DNA of 64,000 nt from Flavobacteriaceae bacterium (GCA_965662045.1 CBFIGE010000008.1:33291-97290); one strand, 5' to 3'. Positions 50,296 to 61,233 are shown, counted from the first letter of the stretch. Notes: generated from the sequence alone by a model not told the origin. Translations and numbers: made by a program.

Positions 50296-52676
50296 GAAAG
50301 TGTTTTATTATATGTTTATGTCTTTTATTTAGTGGTCTCTGTAAAGCCCAAGAATCTAAACTCACCCTCGAGGTAACTGTTATTGACACTTCAGACAAAC
50401 CGATTTTAGGAGTTAGTGTATATCTCAAAGAATTAAAAGTTGGAGGCTACACGAATGAATACGGCAATACATTCATCGAAGCTCCTAAAGGAAGATACGA
50501 GTTGATTATAGAATCGTTGGGATACGAAAATATCAATCAGAGAATCAATTTAAATCAAGATTTGCGATTGAATTTTAAATTAAATGAACAAATAGAAACA
50601 TTAGATGAGGTCATTGTGGAAGGTAATTTAGAACTCTTTGACCCACAAATGAGTGTAGAAACAATAGATTATGGAATTATAAAAAGAACACCTGCTGTTC
50701 TTGGCGAGTCTGACCTTATTCAATCCCTAATCCTTTTACCAGGAATTACAGATGCCGGTGAATCTACAGGTGGATTCAACGTAAGAGGTGGTGGTTCTGA
50801 TCAAAATTTGATTTTAATCGATGGAGTACCCGTTTTCTATGCTTCTCATCTCTTTGGCTTATTCTCCATTTTTAATACTGAAATTATTGATGAGGTAAAA
50901 TTATTCAAAGGTGGTATACCCGCCAATTACGGAGGGCGTATATCATCTGTATTAGATGTTCAACAAAAAAGTCCAGATAAATCTAAGACCCGCCTAAGAG
51001 CAGGAATTGGAATTTTAGCTTCTAACGCAGTATTAGAAACCCCTCTTTTATCAGACAACACATCATTACTATTAGGAGCTCGAAGCTCATATGCACACTG
51101 GTTTCTTCCTTTGTTAGATATTGACAACAAAGCATATTTTTACGATTTCAATGCTAAAATTGAAACTAAAATCAATGCAAATAATCGTTTGTCTATCTCC
51201 TCTTATTACGGAAGAGATTACTTTAATATTAGTAATAGTTTCATTAATGCCTATGGAAATCAACTTATTGGATTACAGTGGGATCATGAAAACGATAACG
51301 GCAAAAAAACAAGGTTGAATCTCTATCAGTCTAAGTTATACTATGATTTAGAATTAGATTTTGTTGGGTTTAAATGGGATTCCGGAGTTAATACCCTTGC
51401 TATTCAATACAACGAAGAATTTTCAGTGGGAGAAAAGGCAAAATTGAATATCGGTGTTTCTCACAATGAATATATTTTTGACCCTGGAAGTATTCGACCC
51501 AACAGAACAGATTCTCAAATCGTAGAAAACCAATTAGCCAAAAAATATGCGTCAGAATCTGCCGCATATGTGGCTGTAGAACATACGATTTCAAAATCTA
51601 TCAAAGCAAATTATGGCTTGAGATTTAGTTATTTTGATAGGAAAAAGCAAGATGCTTGGTTTATCTATGATAATGATGAACCCCTATTGTACGACAGTAA
51701 TTTTCGAAGATATTTAGAAGCTGAAGCCCTTGACACCTTGAATCAAAAAGGCGAAGGCTCATTAAAAAAATTCTACAACCTAGAACCAAGACTCGGTGTC
51801 TCAATTAAAACTTCTGAAAACAGTTCTTTGAAATTAAGTGCAACACGCATAGTACAATACCTTCATCTTTTAAGCAATGCCAACGCGCCTACCCCTTTGG
51901 ACGTATGGACACCTTCTGGACCTTTTATAGATCCACAAATAGGAATACAATACGCCCTTGAGTACAACAAAAAAGCCTTTAAAAAAGCACTTGATTTTAG
52001 CGTTGAAACCTATTACAAAACCGTCGATAATCGCATTGATTACATCGATGGAGCCGAGCTCATTGCAAACGACGCCGTAGAGCGAATAATTCTATCTGGA
52101 ATATCGCGAGCGTATGGTGTAGAGTTATTACTTGAGAAACGAAGAGTAACCGAGCGTTTTAATGGGTGGATTGGCTATACATGGTCTAAATCAGAACAAC
52201 TCACAACAGGAAGAAATAATGGGGCAATTGAAGGTGCGGAAGTTGAAAAAGGAATCAATAACGGAGCGTGGTATCCCACTCCGTACGACAGGCGACATGA
52301 ATTAGAAATTTCTGGTCAGTACAAATTATCTGAGCGAATTAATCTTTCTGGGAATTTTGTACTCAGATCAGGTCTGCCATCTAATTTCCCCAATGCTAAA
52401 TTTACTTTTCAAAATCTGACCATACCAGTCTTTGGGGGAAGAAATCAAGACCGTCTACCTGCATATCATCGCCTAGATTTCGGTCTGGAACTTAAACGAA
52501 AAAAGAACAAAAATAATATTGATCGATTTTGGAGGTTTTCGGTTTATAACATTTACAACCGAATGAATGCTTTTTCGATTGGATTTAGAAGAAATACAGA
52601 AACAAGTGCTAACGAGGCCATCCAAACTTCTGTTTTCGGAATTATACCGTCTGTTTCTTATAATATTAGTTTTTAG
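50292..52676 (+). CDS. TonB-dependent receptor with an N-terminal carboxypeptidase-regulatory-like domain
   Basis: 794 aa. Signal peptide, CarbopepD_reg-like LTLEVTVIDTSDKPILGVSVYL, plug (LPGITD..GGFNVRGG..DQNLILIDGVPV) and a terminal aromatic residue (SF). Confidence 0.85.
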   Translation: MRKCFIICLCLLFSGLCKAQESKLTLEVTVIDTSDKPILGVSVYLKELKVGGYTNEYGNTFIEAPKGRYELIIESLGYENINQRINLNQDLRLNFKLNEQIETLDEVIVEGNLELFDPQMSVETIDYGIIKRTPAVLGESDLIQSLILLPGITDAGESTGGFNVRGGGSDQNLILIDGVPVFYASHLFGLFSIFNTEIIDEVKLFKGGIPANYGGRISSVLDVQQKSPDKSKTRLRAGIGILASNAVLETPLLSDNTSLLLGARSSYAHWFLPLLDIDNKAYFYDFNAKIETKINANNRLSISSYYGRDYFNISNSFINAYGNQLIGLQWDHENDNGKKTRLNLYQSKLYYDLELDFVGFKWDSGVNTLAIQYNEEFSVGEKAKLNIGVSHNEYIFDPGSIRPNRTDSQIVENQLAKKYASESAAYVAVEHTISKSIKANYGLRFSYFDRKKQDAWFIYDNDEPLLYDSNFRRYLEAEALDTLNQKGEGSLKKFYNLEPRLGVSIKTSENSSLKLSATRIVQYLHLLSNANAPTPLDVWTPSGPFIDPQIGIQYALEYNKKAFKKALDFSVETYYKTVDNRIDYIDGAELIANDAVERIILSGISRAYGVELLLEKRRVTERFNGWIGYTWSKSEQLTTGRNNGAIEGAEVEKGINNGAWYPTPYDRRHELEISGQYKLSERINLSGNFVLRSGLPSNFPNAKFTFQNLTIPVFGGRNQDRLPAYHRLDFGLELKRKKNKNNIDRFWRFSVYNIYNRMNAFSIGFRRNTETSANEAIQTSVFGIIPSVSYNISF

Positions 52677-53974
52677 ACTAATAAAAGAAAGCATAGTAAA
52701 ATAAAGCTCATAGCCACTATACCTTGAACTGCAGTAGCCAATGAATGTATTCGCAAGGCATTAGTTATATCAAGATCTCCAAACTTAGACACTACCCAAA
52801 AGTAGGAGTCATTTACATGAGAAAAAGTCATTGCTCCAGCTCCAATACTCAAAACAACAAAAGTTTTTGCCAATTCTGTATCTAATCCCAAAGAGGGTAA
52901 CAGTGTAACAGCCAAGGATGAAGTCGTTAAAATAGCCACCGTTGATGAACCTTGAAGCGATTTAAAAAATGCTGAAACACCAAATATCAAGAGCAATCCG
53001 ATTGCTGGTGAGAAATCAGAAAAGGAAGAAGCATTTACTTCCAGACCTTGTCCTATAATAGCTCCAAAAGCCCCTCCAACTCCTGTGACTAATAAAACAG
53101 GTCCTGCTTTTTGAAATGCGTTTTCAATCCAATTAACACGTTTTTGAGCGCTCTCGTTCCTAGCCAACCACATAATCCATAAAACCCCAATAAATAAAGC
53201 AATAGTTGGATTTCCTATAAATTTTATGAATTGGACAATCGCCAATTCACCTGCATCAATTCTATTAGCGAGAACCCCTAATCCAATCAAAAGCAACGGA
53301 GCTAAAATAGGTCCCACCCCAGACAATGAAGGTTTAATCATTGATTTTTCTATTTGTGGTTCTAATTGTTCACTCTTATCGCTTTGTTTTATGGCATATA
53401 AGTAACCCGTTAAACTAGTAATCAGTCCAATGACAAGACCTCCCAACATCACTTGTATAAAATTAGCATCAATTAGAGTTATAGCCGCCAAAGGGCCTGG
53501 TGTCGGAGGAACAAAAACATGTGCAGCATACAATCCAGTAGACAGCGCAACAATCAAAACCGTTTTATTTAAACGATATCTATTGGCTATGTTCTTGATT
53601 AATGAAGACAAGACAATAAATCCTGAATCGCAAAAAACAGGAATAGCAATGATAAATCCAGCCAAATTAGTAATCAATGCCGTTTTTTTAGTGCTTTTTT
53701 TCTTACCATCAAGCAAGTGTATAATGAACGCCTCTCCTAAACCCATTTTTTCAAGAAAAACACCTATAACGGTTCCAAAAGCAATAATTAAGCCAATAGA
53801 ACCCAAAGTTTTTGAAAATCCTTTGGTAATTACTTCGATAGTTTCGGTAGCACTCAAGGAAAATACTTGAGAGACAAATAGGGAGGCTATAAATAAAACC
53901 ACAACTGGGTTCCATTTCAGGCGAACAATACCAAATACAATAAAGAAAATACAGAGTACAAGAAGAAAAATCAT
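52673..53974 (-). CDS. GntP-family permease (gluconate/glycerate-type anion:H+ symporter)
   Basis: 433 aa. Polytopic membrane protein with GntP-like segments (P.FCDSGF..L, H...PPTPGP, SHVNDS.FW). Confidence 0.8.
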   Translation of the reverse strand: MIFLLVLCIFFIVFGIVRLKWNPVVVLFIASLFVSQVFSLSATETIEVITKGFSKTLGSIGLIIAFGTVIGVFLEKMGLGEAFIIHLLDGKKKSTKKTALITNLAGFIIAIPVFCDSGFIVLSSLIKNIANRYRLNKTVLIVALSTGLYAAHVFVPPTPGPLAAITLIDANFIQVMLGGLVIGLITSLTGYLYAIKQSDKSEQLEPQIEKSMIKPSLSGVGPILAPLLLIGLGVLANRIDAGELAIVQFIKFIGNPTIALFIGVLWIMWLARNESAQKRVNWIENAFQKAGPVLLVTGVGGAFGAIIGQGLEVNASSFSDFSPAIGLLLIFGVSAFFKSLQGSSTVAILTTSSLAVTLLPSLGLDTELAKTFVVLSIGAGAMTFSHVNDSYFWVVSKFGDLDITNALRIHSLATAVQGIVAMSFILLCFLLLV

Positions 53975-54055
53975 AGTTAATTATCAGTGTTGCAACTGAA
54001 AATTACTAAAAGCTAGATGACTCTTGCAAATAAAATGTAATTCGTAATAAAAAAA

Positions 54056-54808
54056 TTAATTAATTTTTGTGTTCACAATTTCTTGCACCCTTACCTGAAC
54101 CATTGCATTGACTGATTCAGCATTTTGATCTGTAAATTCTGATGATTCTATACTTAGTATTGAACCGGTAGTAAGATTTGGATAACTGATTTGTGCCTCT
54201 TGCTCAGTAAGTTCAATACGCACTAACTCTTCAGTTGAAGAGCTTTTTACGAAAGGTCTAACATTGGAATGATTGGACATATCGAAAAAAGAATTTAACA
54301 CCTCTTCAGATACATTCGCGTTATCATACAACATAACATCATCGGATTTCCTATAATACAAACCGTTGAGCTCACATTCAACCGCTGAACTACCTTCTAA
54401 ACACGAGTCAAAATTCCAATCATCAGAAAAATTTATGCTGCCCTGCGGTGAATTGAGGACTTTAATATAACGAATACGCTCCCATGTCCTATATGGTTTA
54501 TCACATACAATAAAAGGTCTTATTACAGAAGGAAATTCTTGGTTAAAATCAATAACCAAAGTATCAAGCGACAACCAATTTCTTCCGTAATCACGTCTTT
54601 CTTCTAATTCACAGGTCTTGTCTTCATATCCAAAAAAAGGATCATCTAAATTTTGCTTTGGTACATATTCTCTTTTCGCTGTAATAATGAGATTAAAACG
54701 CTCAACTTCCGGCTCAACTTCGGGTAAAGACGAACCTGAATCATCACTGCATGCAATTAGTACAAAAAGAAAAAACACAGATACTATTCTACTATTCAAA
54801 CAAGACAT
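54056..54808 (-). CDS. hypothetical lipoprotein
   Basis: 250 aa. Lipobox LIAC followed by an acidic low-complexity linker. No recognisable family. Confidence 0.5.
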   Translation of the reverse strand: MSCLNSRIVSVFFLFVLIACSDDSGSSLPEVEPEVERFNLIITAKREYVPKQNLDDPFFGYEDKTCELEERRDYGRNWLSLDTLVIDFNQEFPSVIRPFIVCDKPYRTWERIRYIKVLNSPQGSINFSDDWNFDSCLEGSSAVECELNGLYYRKSDDVMLYDNANVSEEVLNSFFDMSNHSNVRPFVKSSSTEELVRIELTEQEAQISYPNLTTGSILSIESSEFTDQNAESVNAMVQVRVQEIVNTKIN

Positions 54809-54859
54809 TCTTTTTTTGTTTAATTAATATGTAAAAATACTAAACAAAAATAGGTAATT

Positions 54860-55966
54860 TTATTTAAAATTTTTCAAGGACTTTTTTAAAGCTAACGAGA
54901 GTAAATCTGAGGCTTGGCTCATATTACGTTCTAATTCCCAATTAGAATTGGCAATTTCATAGGCATAATCAAAATCATCAATATCAATCGATATTTTTCC
55001 AAAAAAACCAAGGAGTGACAATTTATGCCTTTTACAAAAATTGATGACGTGACTTACCCATTTACCTTGTAAACTTTGAGCATCAAAATGGCCCTCTCCA
55101 GTTATAACCAGATCTATATTTACGGTTTTAGCAAGCTCATCAAGCGCATTTAACTCAATCATAAATTCACCGCCTTTGAGAAGTTTAGCCTTTAAAAACG
55201 TGAGTAGGCCGTAGCCTATTCCACCAGCTGCACCCGCACCAATCTCTGTTTTTTGATTTAACGCTATCAATTGATTTTCAGAAACTTGATTTAGCTTGTT
55301 TAATCCATTTTCTAAAGCTATTACCTCGTATTTATTAAGCCCTTTCTGAGGACCGTATACCGAGGTTGCTCCAAATTTTCCAAGGAGAGGGTTTTCTACA
55401 TCACAAATACCATAAAATTGTATTCCCGGAAATTCTTTAACAACTATACGTTCAATATGAATCAAATTAGCAGCAATTGGTGATAAGGGCTTATTATTGA
55501 CGTCTAAAAATTGAAACCCAAGAGCACCTAACATTCCAATACCTCCGTCATTTGTAGCACTTCCACCTAGCCCGATATAAATTTGTTTTACTCCAAGTTC
55601 AATTGCTTTTTTTATTTCTAGTCCAGTTCCATACGATGAGGAGTGGAATGGCTTTCTGTTTTTTAGCGGTATTTGTTGCAATCCACTTGACTTGGCTACT
55701 TCTATGAAGGCAGTACTCTCTTGAACTAAAATTTCACTTTGAATGGGTTCACTTAAAGCATTGACTGAGTTTACAGGTATCCTTATTGCGTCTTTTTTAT
55801 TATGTGCGATGGCATCTAAAAACCCATCTCCTCCGTCTGAAATTAGATAAGAAAATGTTTTTACATCCTCATACTCTTCATCTAAAGCCTGTATGCACAA
55901 ATCAATAATCTCAGCAGAATTTAAAGACTCCTTAAATTTGTCAGGGATGATAAGTATATTTTTCAA
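54860..55966 (-). CDS. glycerate kinase
   Basis: 368 aa. Motifs IIPDKFKESL, SDGGDGF, GLGGSATNDGG.GM..ALG and ITGEG..D.QSL.GK. Confidence 0.88.
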   Translation of the reverse strand: MKNILIIPDKFKESLNSAEIIDLCIQALDEEYEDVKTFSYLISDGGDGFLDAIAHNKKDAIRIPVNSVNALSEPIQSEILVQESTAFIEVAKSSGLQQIPLKNRKPFHSSSYGTGLEIKKAIELGVKQIYIGLGGSATNDGGIGMLGALGFQFLDVNNKPLSPIAANLIHIERIVVKEFPGIQFYGICDVENPLLGKFGATSVYGPQKGLNKYEVIALENGLNKLNQVSENQLIALNQKTEIGAGAAGGIGYGLLTFLKAKLLKGGEFMIELNALDELAKTVNIDLVITGEGHFDAQSLQGKWVSHVINFCKRHKLSLLGFFGKISIDIDDFDYAYEIANSNWELERNMSQASDLLSLALKKSLKNFK

Positions 55967-55983
55967 CTTTAAATACGAGTTTA

Positions 55984-56205
55984 ATGCAAATTTCTGATAA
56001 GATATTACAAGGACTTAAAACACTGGCAAGAACGGTAATTTTTATGATTCTAGCTCCAATTGTTTTGTCTCAAGCCTTCAAAAATACTGGACATCCCATG
56101 TTCATACCCGTGTTAGTTGTGGGAATCATCCTTTTTATATTAGCTCTATATTTTGGATTCAAAGGAGTAAACCGCATTGTTAAAGGAATTTTTGATAAAA
56201 ACTAG
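55984..56205 (+). CDS. small membrane protein (2 TM), hypothetical
   Basis: 73 aa with two clear hydrophobic helices. Confidence 0.4.
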   Translation: MQISDKILQGLKTLARTVIFMILAPIVLSQAFKNTGHPMFIPVLVVGIILFILALYFGFKGVNRIVKGIFDKN

Positions 56206-56915
56206 TCCTTTTTGGTCAAAGACCATTTTCCGTAGCACTTTTCATAATCAATTGATATCGCTGCCTTTTGGCTGTTGATCACTCCTTGGGAAAAGGCAAT
56301 TTGCAATATATTCTCGATTAAGTAGTCTTCGTATTCCTCGTAAGGATCATAAATACGTTTTAATGACATATCAAAAAGTCTAGCTGTAGTTTGATACACG
56401 AACGCCCTTAAACCATTCCTGTACTCTTTAACTACACTAAATGCACTTATACCAGTTTGTCTATACACCAATCGAATTAAAATTTTTCCTTCAGATCTCG
56501 TTAGTTTTTTTAAATCTGCTGTGAGTTCTTCAGCTAAAAACTTTTCTAATTTTCTAGTGTAGGCTTTTCTCTTGGACTTTCTATTGATTTGATTAAGCCT
56601 ATTGTCTAAGCTATCTAAACGATTTGCAGCCATCTCCGCATAAGGGTAAACTTTGAGCACTCTTTTGCGAATAACATAGTAACGATACCATTCTTCTCTT
56701 GACTTAAACTTAGGTTGCGAAAATAATTCAACCTCTTCTAAACTAATGGCATCAACAAAAGTCGAGTCTTGACCTGCAATTCTAATCTTATAATCTTCTT
56801 GAGCTACTAACTGTGTAAACCCAAATGAAGAAAACAAAAAAAACAGCAAACACGATTTTGACACTACTCTAATAGACAAATCACACATTACATATTTTCT
56901 ACAAAAAAAAACCAT
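56202..56915 (-). CDS. secreted hypothetical protein (possibly DUF4294-like)
   Basis: 237 aa. An internal ATG 27 nt downstream gives a cleaner signal peptide (MCDLS...LVAQ). The family assignment is tentative. Confidence 0.45.
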   Translation of the reverse strand: MVFFCRKYVMCDLSIRVVSKSCLLFFLFSSFGFTQLVAQEDYKIRIAGQDSTFVDAISLEEVELFSQPKFKSREEWYRYYVIRKRVLKVYPYAEMAANRLDSLDNRLNQINRKSKRKAYTRKLEKFLAEELTADLKKLTRSEGKILIRLVYRQTGISAFSVVKEYRNGLRAFVYQTTARLFDMSLKRIYDPYEEYEDYLIENILQIAFSQGVINSQKAAISIDYEKCYGKWSLTKKD

Positions 56916-56950
56916 TATATCTTAGCTAAGTTATTTAAAATATTAAGTCA

Positions 56951-58039
56951 ATGACGAAATCGCAAATTCTAAATAAATCAGCATTATCTTTTTTTGAAAA
57001 ATACCTCAATAACGCCTCTCCAACGGGGTATGAGGCTCAAGGTCAAAAATTATGGATGGAATACCTAAAACCATATGTCGATGAATTCATCACCGACACC
57101 TATGGTACAGCTGTTGGAGTGATTAATCCGAAAGCAGAATACAAGGTGGTAATTGAAGGACATTCTGATGAAATATCGTGGTATGTAAATTATATCTCTG
57201 ACAATGGACTGATTTATGTGATTCGAAATGGGGGGAGCGATCATATAATCGCACCATCAAAGTGGGTAAATATTCATACACGCCAAGGAATTGTACAAGG
57301 TATTTTTGGATGGCCTGCAATCCACACGCGTAAAGAAGGCAAAGAAGATACTCCAAAACTCGACAATATTTTTATTGACGTGGGAGCCAAAGACAAAGAA
57401 GAAGTGGAGAAAATGGGGGTGCATGTCGGTTGTGTAATCACTTATCCTGACAATTTCCAAATACTTAATAAAGATAAATATACCTGTAGAGCTATTGACA
57501 ATAGAGCTGGGGGTTTTATGATTGCGCAAGTAGCAAGGCTACTCAAAGAAAATAAGAAAGACTTACCTTTTGGGTTATACATAACCAATTCTGTACAAGA
57601 AGAAATCGGACTTCGAGGTGCTGAAATGATTACCCAACGCATCAAACCGAATGTAGCTATCGTTACAGATGTCTGTCATGACACTTCAACACCTATGATC
57701 AATGTCAAACGCGAAGGGGAAACTAAAATAGGAAAAGGACCAGTTATTTCTTATGCTCCAGCGATTCAACACAACTTAAGGGATCTTATCATTGCTACAG
57801 CAGAAAAAGAAAAAATACCGTTTCAAAGGCTAGCGTCTTCAAGATACACAGGAACGGACACAGATGCATTTGCCTATAGCAATGGTGGTGTAGCTTCTGC
57901 TTTAATCTCTTTACCCTTGAGGTATATGCATACAACGGTCGAAACAGTGCACAGTGATGACGTGGCAAATGTTATTAAACTGATTTACAATACAGTTCTA
58001 AATATTGAAGCAGGAGAAGATTTTTCTTATTTCAACTAA
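56951..58039 (+). CDS. M42 family metallopeptidase (glutamyl aminopeptidase / CelM-like)
   Basis: 362 aa. Motifs SPTGYE, IEGHSDEI, AIDNRAG, VQEEIGLRGA and RYMHT..E. Confidence 0.85.
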   Translation: MTKSQILNKSALSFFEKYLNNASPTGYEAQGQKLWMEYLKPYVDEFITDTYGTAVGVINPKAEYKVVIEGHSDEISWYVNYISDNGLIYVIRNGGSDHIIAPSKWVNIHTRQGIVQGIFGWPAIHTRKEGKEDTPKLDNIFIDVGAKDKEEVEKMGVHVGCVITYPDNFQILNKDKYTCRAIDNRAGGFMIAQVARLLKENKKDLPFGLYITNSVQEEIGLRGAEMITQRIKPNVAIVTDVCHDTSTPMINVKREGETKIGKGPVISYAPAIQHNLRDLIIATAEKEKIPFQRLASSRYTGTDTDAFAYSNGGVASALISLPLRYMHTTVETVHSDDVANVIKLIYNTVLNIEAGEDFSYFN

Positions 58040-59424
58040 AATTCAGCAGTAATAAAAGTTTGTATTCCTTGTAAATCTGAACAAGAATACTCATTTTGTT
58101 CTCCTGATTTCATGTTTTTCAGAATTACGGTATCATTTACACTTTCTGCTGAACCAATCATTATGGCCACAGCTGCATTTTTTTTATCGACATACTTAAA
58201 CTGCTTTTGCAATTTAGCTGCAGTTGGATAGCAATCAATTACAAAATTTAGAGCACGTAACTGTTGAGCTAGTTTTAATGACTTAAGCATTTCTTTATCA
58301 CCGAAATTAAGCACGACAGCATCCACCTTTTGGTCCAAAGCTACCGGAAAAAGGTTGAGTTCGTCAAGGACAAGTGCAATCCGATCTAATCCAAATGAAA
58401 TTCCAACACCACTCATGTTCTTTAGTCCAAATGGAGCCGTGAGGTCATCATAGCGTCCCCCACCTCCAATTGAACCTATTTTTACCTCTTTTGGTGCGGT
58501 GACCTCTATAATAGTTCCTGTATAGTAATTGAGGCCCCTAGCCAATGTAATGTCGAAAATGAGTTCAGAAGTTTTTAAACCTAAATGAGTTACTTGTTCA
58601 AAAACAAAAGAAAATTCTTCTAATCCTTCTTTGCCAACAGATGAGCTTCCCATTAACTCGTTTAAATACTCCAATTGTTTTCTCCAATCCCCACTAAGTT
58701 CTAAAAATGGTCTCATCGACTCCACTACCTCAGAACTGAATCCTTTTGAGATCAATTCCTTTAATACTCCCTCCTGACCGATTTTATCTAATTTATCTAA
58801 ACTGACGGTAAAGTCAATTAATCGATTAGAAATTTGTAAAATATCTGCAATTCCCGCAAGAATTTTTCGATTGTTCACTCTTATACATGTTCCTGAAATA
58901 TTTAAGTCATCAAACACCCCATCGTACAACATAATGAACTCTACTTCTTGAATCAAAGAATTAGAACCAATAGCATCTGCATCACATTGAAAAAACTCTC
59001 TATACCTCCCTTTTTGCGGACGATCTGCTCTCCAAACAGGTTGAATTTGATAGCGCTTAAACGGCATAACTAATTCATTCTGATTCATGACCACAAATCG
59101 AGCAAAAGGAACCGTTAAATCATATCTTAAGGCCTTGGATGAAATTTGATGAGTAAGCTCGTTACTTGTCGTAGAGGCTAAGGAATCTTTATCAATTTTG
59201 TTCAAATAATCTCCGGAGTTGAGTATTTTGAAAATTAGGCGGTCACCCTCCTCACCATATTTACCAGTCAGAGTGCTTAGATTTTCAATCGAGGGTGTTT
59301 CTATTTGATCAAAACCGAAACGTTCGAAATGTCTTTCGATGGTGCGAATAATATACTTCCTTCTCGAAAGTTCTTTAGGAATAAAATCTCTTGTGCCTTT
59401 TGGAAGTGACGGTTTTTGTGCCAT
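58036..59424 (-). CDS. hisS: histidine-tRNA ligase
   Basis: 462 aa. PKGTRDF, class II motifs (YQIQPVWRADRPQKGRYREFFQCD, GGGRYD) and an anticodon-binding domain. Confidence 0.95.
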   Translation of the reverse strand: MAQKPSLPKGTRDFIPKELSRRKYIIRTIERHFERFGFDQIETPSIENLSTLTGKYGEEGDRLIFKILNSGDYLNKIDKDSLASTTSNELTHQISSKALRYDLTVPFARFVVMNQNELVMPFKRYQIQPVWRADRPQKGRYREFFQCDADAIGSNSLIQEVEFIMLYDGVFDDLNISGTCIRVNNRKILAGIADILQISNRLIDFTVSLDKLDKIGQEGVLKELISKGFSSEVVESMRPFLELSGDWRKQLEYLNELMGSSSVGKEGLEEFSFVFEQVTHLGLKTSELIFDITLARGLNYYTGTIIEVTAPKEVKIGSIGGGGRYDDLTAPFGLKNMSGVGISFGLDRIALVLDELNLFPVALDQKVDAVVLNFGDKEMLKSLKLAQQLRALNFVIDCYPTAAKLQKQFKYVDKKNAAVAIMIGSAESVNDTVILKNMKSGEQNEYSCSDLQGIQTFITAEF

Positions 59425-59431
59425 TTGCTTA

Positions 59432-59905
59432 TTAATTATCTATCAATTGAACAAACCATTCATACAACTCTCCTTTTGTAATGTTTGCTCCTTTTTCAAT
59501 AAGTTCAAATTTATCCAAATTTGGATTATCACCGTATTTTTTTGTCGCAGTTAAATACTCAACTGCATCGTCCTGGTAATTTTTTTTAAACCATGCAAAG
59601 CCAGAGGCTGAACTTAAATCAATTCTAGGGTTAAATACTTTAATTGCAATCAAATGCATGCCGTCATCCTCGAGCTTGAACAGATGTATGTGTTGAGCCG
59701 AAATCTGCTCCAAGTATTTCAGACTGCTTAGAACCCCTTTCCAAATTAAATCACTAAACTGATCTAAATGCTCATCCACTTGATCTAAACGAGCTTCCTT
59801 GTATTCAGTCCACATGTCTGAGGTGATTCCTTGTACCGACAAATAATTAATAAACTCATCTGAAAGGGATTCGAATTGTTCTTTTGTTAGTCTTCTATAT
59901 TTCAT
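59432..59905 (-). CDS. conserved hypothetical protein
   Basis: 157 aa. No recognisable motif. Sits between rplI and hisS. Confidence 0.5.
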   Translation of the reverse strand: MKYRRLTKEQFESLSDEFINYLSVQGITSDMWTEYKEARLDQVDEHLDQFSDLIWKGVLSSLKYLEQISAQHIHLFKLEDDGMHLIAIKVFNPRIDLSSASGFAWFKKNYQDDAVEYLTATKKYGDNPNLDKFELIEKGANITKGELYEWFVQLIDN

Positions 59906-59907
59906 AT

Positions 59908-59932
59908 AAAAAAAGGGGCACTAGGCCCCTTG
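59908..59932 (-). terminator. rho-independent terminator after rplI
   Basis: The minus strand reads AGGGGC-ctagt-GCCCCT followed by TTTTTTT. Confidence 0.75.
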
Positions 59933-59951
59933 AACATAAAAATAAATTTAT

Positions 59952-60404
59952 TTACTTAACCTCAGGCACAACTTCAAAATTCAAATTTGCCATCACCTCT
60001 CGATGCAATCTAACTTGAGCAGTATATGAACCTGTTCTTTTTACAGATCCTCCCTGAACCAAAATATATTTTTTATCAATTTTTTCATTCTGCTTAGATA
60101 AAGCCTCAGCTAAATCAATACTGCTAACTGATCCAAACAATTTATCTCCAACACCCACTTTGGCGAATATTTTGAGTGATAATTGATTGATTCGATTGGC
60201 AATTTCTTGAGCGTCACCTATAATTTTAGCTTCCTTATGAGCTCGCTGCTTCAAATTTTCTGCATGAACTTTTTTCGCAGAGGCAGTAGCTAGGACAGCC
60301 AAACCTTTTGGGATTAGAAAGTTTCTTCCATACCCATTTTTGACCTCAACGATATCGTCTTTGAATCCGAGGTTCTGTACGTCTGATTTTAGTATAATTT
60401 CCAT
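59952..60404 (-). CDS. rplI: 50S ribosomal protein L9
   Basis: 150 aa. MEIILK.DV.NLG...D.V.VK.GY.RNFLIP.G.A. Confidence 0.95.
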   Translation of the reverse strand: MEIILKSDVQNLGFKDDIVEVKNGYGRNFLIPKGLAVLATASAKKVHAENLKQRAHKEAKIIGDAQEIANRINQLSLKIFAKVGVGDKLFGSVSSIDLAEALSKQNEKIDKKYILVQGGSVKRTGSYTAQVRLHREVMANLNFEVVPEVK

Positions 60405-60417
60405 AGTACTCTCTGTA

Positions 60418-60714
60418 TTATTTTAACATATCGCCAACGTAAGGCATTAATGCCAAATGTCTTGCTCGTTTAATTGCTTGTGAAACTTTTCTCTGGTATT
60501 TCATAGAAGTACCTGTCAATCTGCGAGGTAATATTTTACCTTGCTCATTAACTAGTTTCATCAAAAAGTCAGGATCCTTGTAATCGATGTACTTGATTCC
60601 TGATTTTTGAAAGCGACAATATTTTTTTTGTTTTTGAGTATCTATTTTAAGCGGTGTTAAATATCTGATTTCACCGTCTTTTTTTCCTTTTGCTTGTTGA
60701 TCTAATGTTGCCAT
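60418..60714 (-). CDS. rpsR: 30S ribosomal protein S18
   Basis: 98 aa. IDYKD...L......E.GKILPRR.TG......QR....AIKRAR.LAL.PY. Confidence 0.96.
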   Translation of the reverse strand: MATLDQQAKGKKDGEIRYLTPLKIDTQKQKKYCRFQKSGIKYIDYKDPDFLMKLVNEQGKILPRRLTGTSMKYQRKVSQAIKRARHLALMPYVGDMLK

Positions 60715-60716
60715 AA

Positions 60717-61055
60717 TTAAGCGGTTTTATTTTTTTTTCTTCTCTTTTCAGCCCATTCAACGGCGTACTTATCTAACTTGACAGTAAGATAGCGCATTAC
60801 CCTTTCATCTCTTCTGTACTCTAATTCGAAGTCAGTAATAATGTCAGCTGCTGATCCAGTAAATTCAAGTAGGTGATAAAATCCACTTTTTTTATTTTGG
60901 ATTGGATAAGCCAATTTTTTGAGGCCCCAATCTTCTTTAGCCACAATTGAGCAACCTTTTCCTTTGAGAAAGTGCTCAAATTTTTTTACTGTTTCCTCTA
61001 TCTGTGTTTCTGATAGAACGGGATTTAATATGAAAACAGTTTCATAATTATTCAT
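60717..61055 (-). CDS. rpsF: 30S ribosomal protein S6
   Basis: 112 aa. YETVFILNP and WG.KKLAYPI......G.Y. Confidence 0.95.
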   Translation of the reverse strand: MNNYETVFILNPVLSETQIEETVKKFEHFLKGKGCSIVAKEDWGLKKLAYPIQNKKSGFYHLLEFTGSAADIITDFELEYRRDERVMRYLTVKLDKYAVEWAEKRRKKNKTA

Positions 61056-61233
61056 AATATTGCTTTTAAAATGAGTGCAAAATTAACAAAAAGTTATCAG
61101 ATATAGAAATAAATATCTTCTCCTAGTTCTATACTTTTTTTTAAATCTTTGCGTTATAGTTTTTATAACCCTATAAACAATTCGACTAGGGAGTTGCAAA
61201 AGTAATTCTGAAGTCCGTAAAAGAGTAGAGACC

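Noticed and set aside
49486-52676. DUF4249 gene preceding rather than following its TonB-dependent receptor
   Set aside because: From memory the order is unusual, but it is only a gene-order variant of a common Bacteroidota pair and offers nothing further to test from sequence.
53430-53870. 146-aa + strand ORF
   Set aside because: It lies entirely antisense to the strongly supported GntP permease gene. Its composition mirrors a membrane-protein gene, so it is a shadow ORF.
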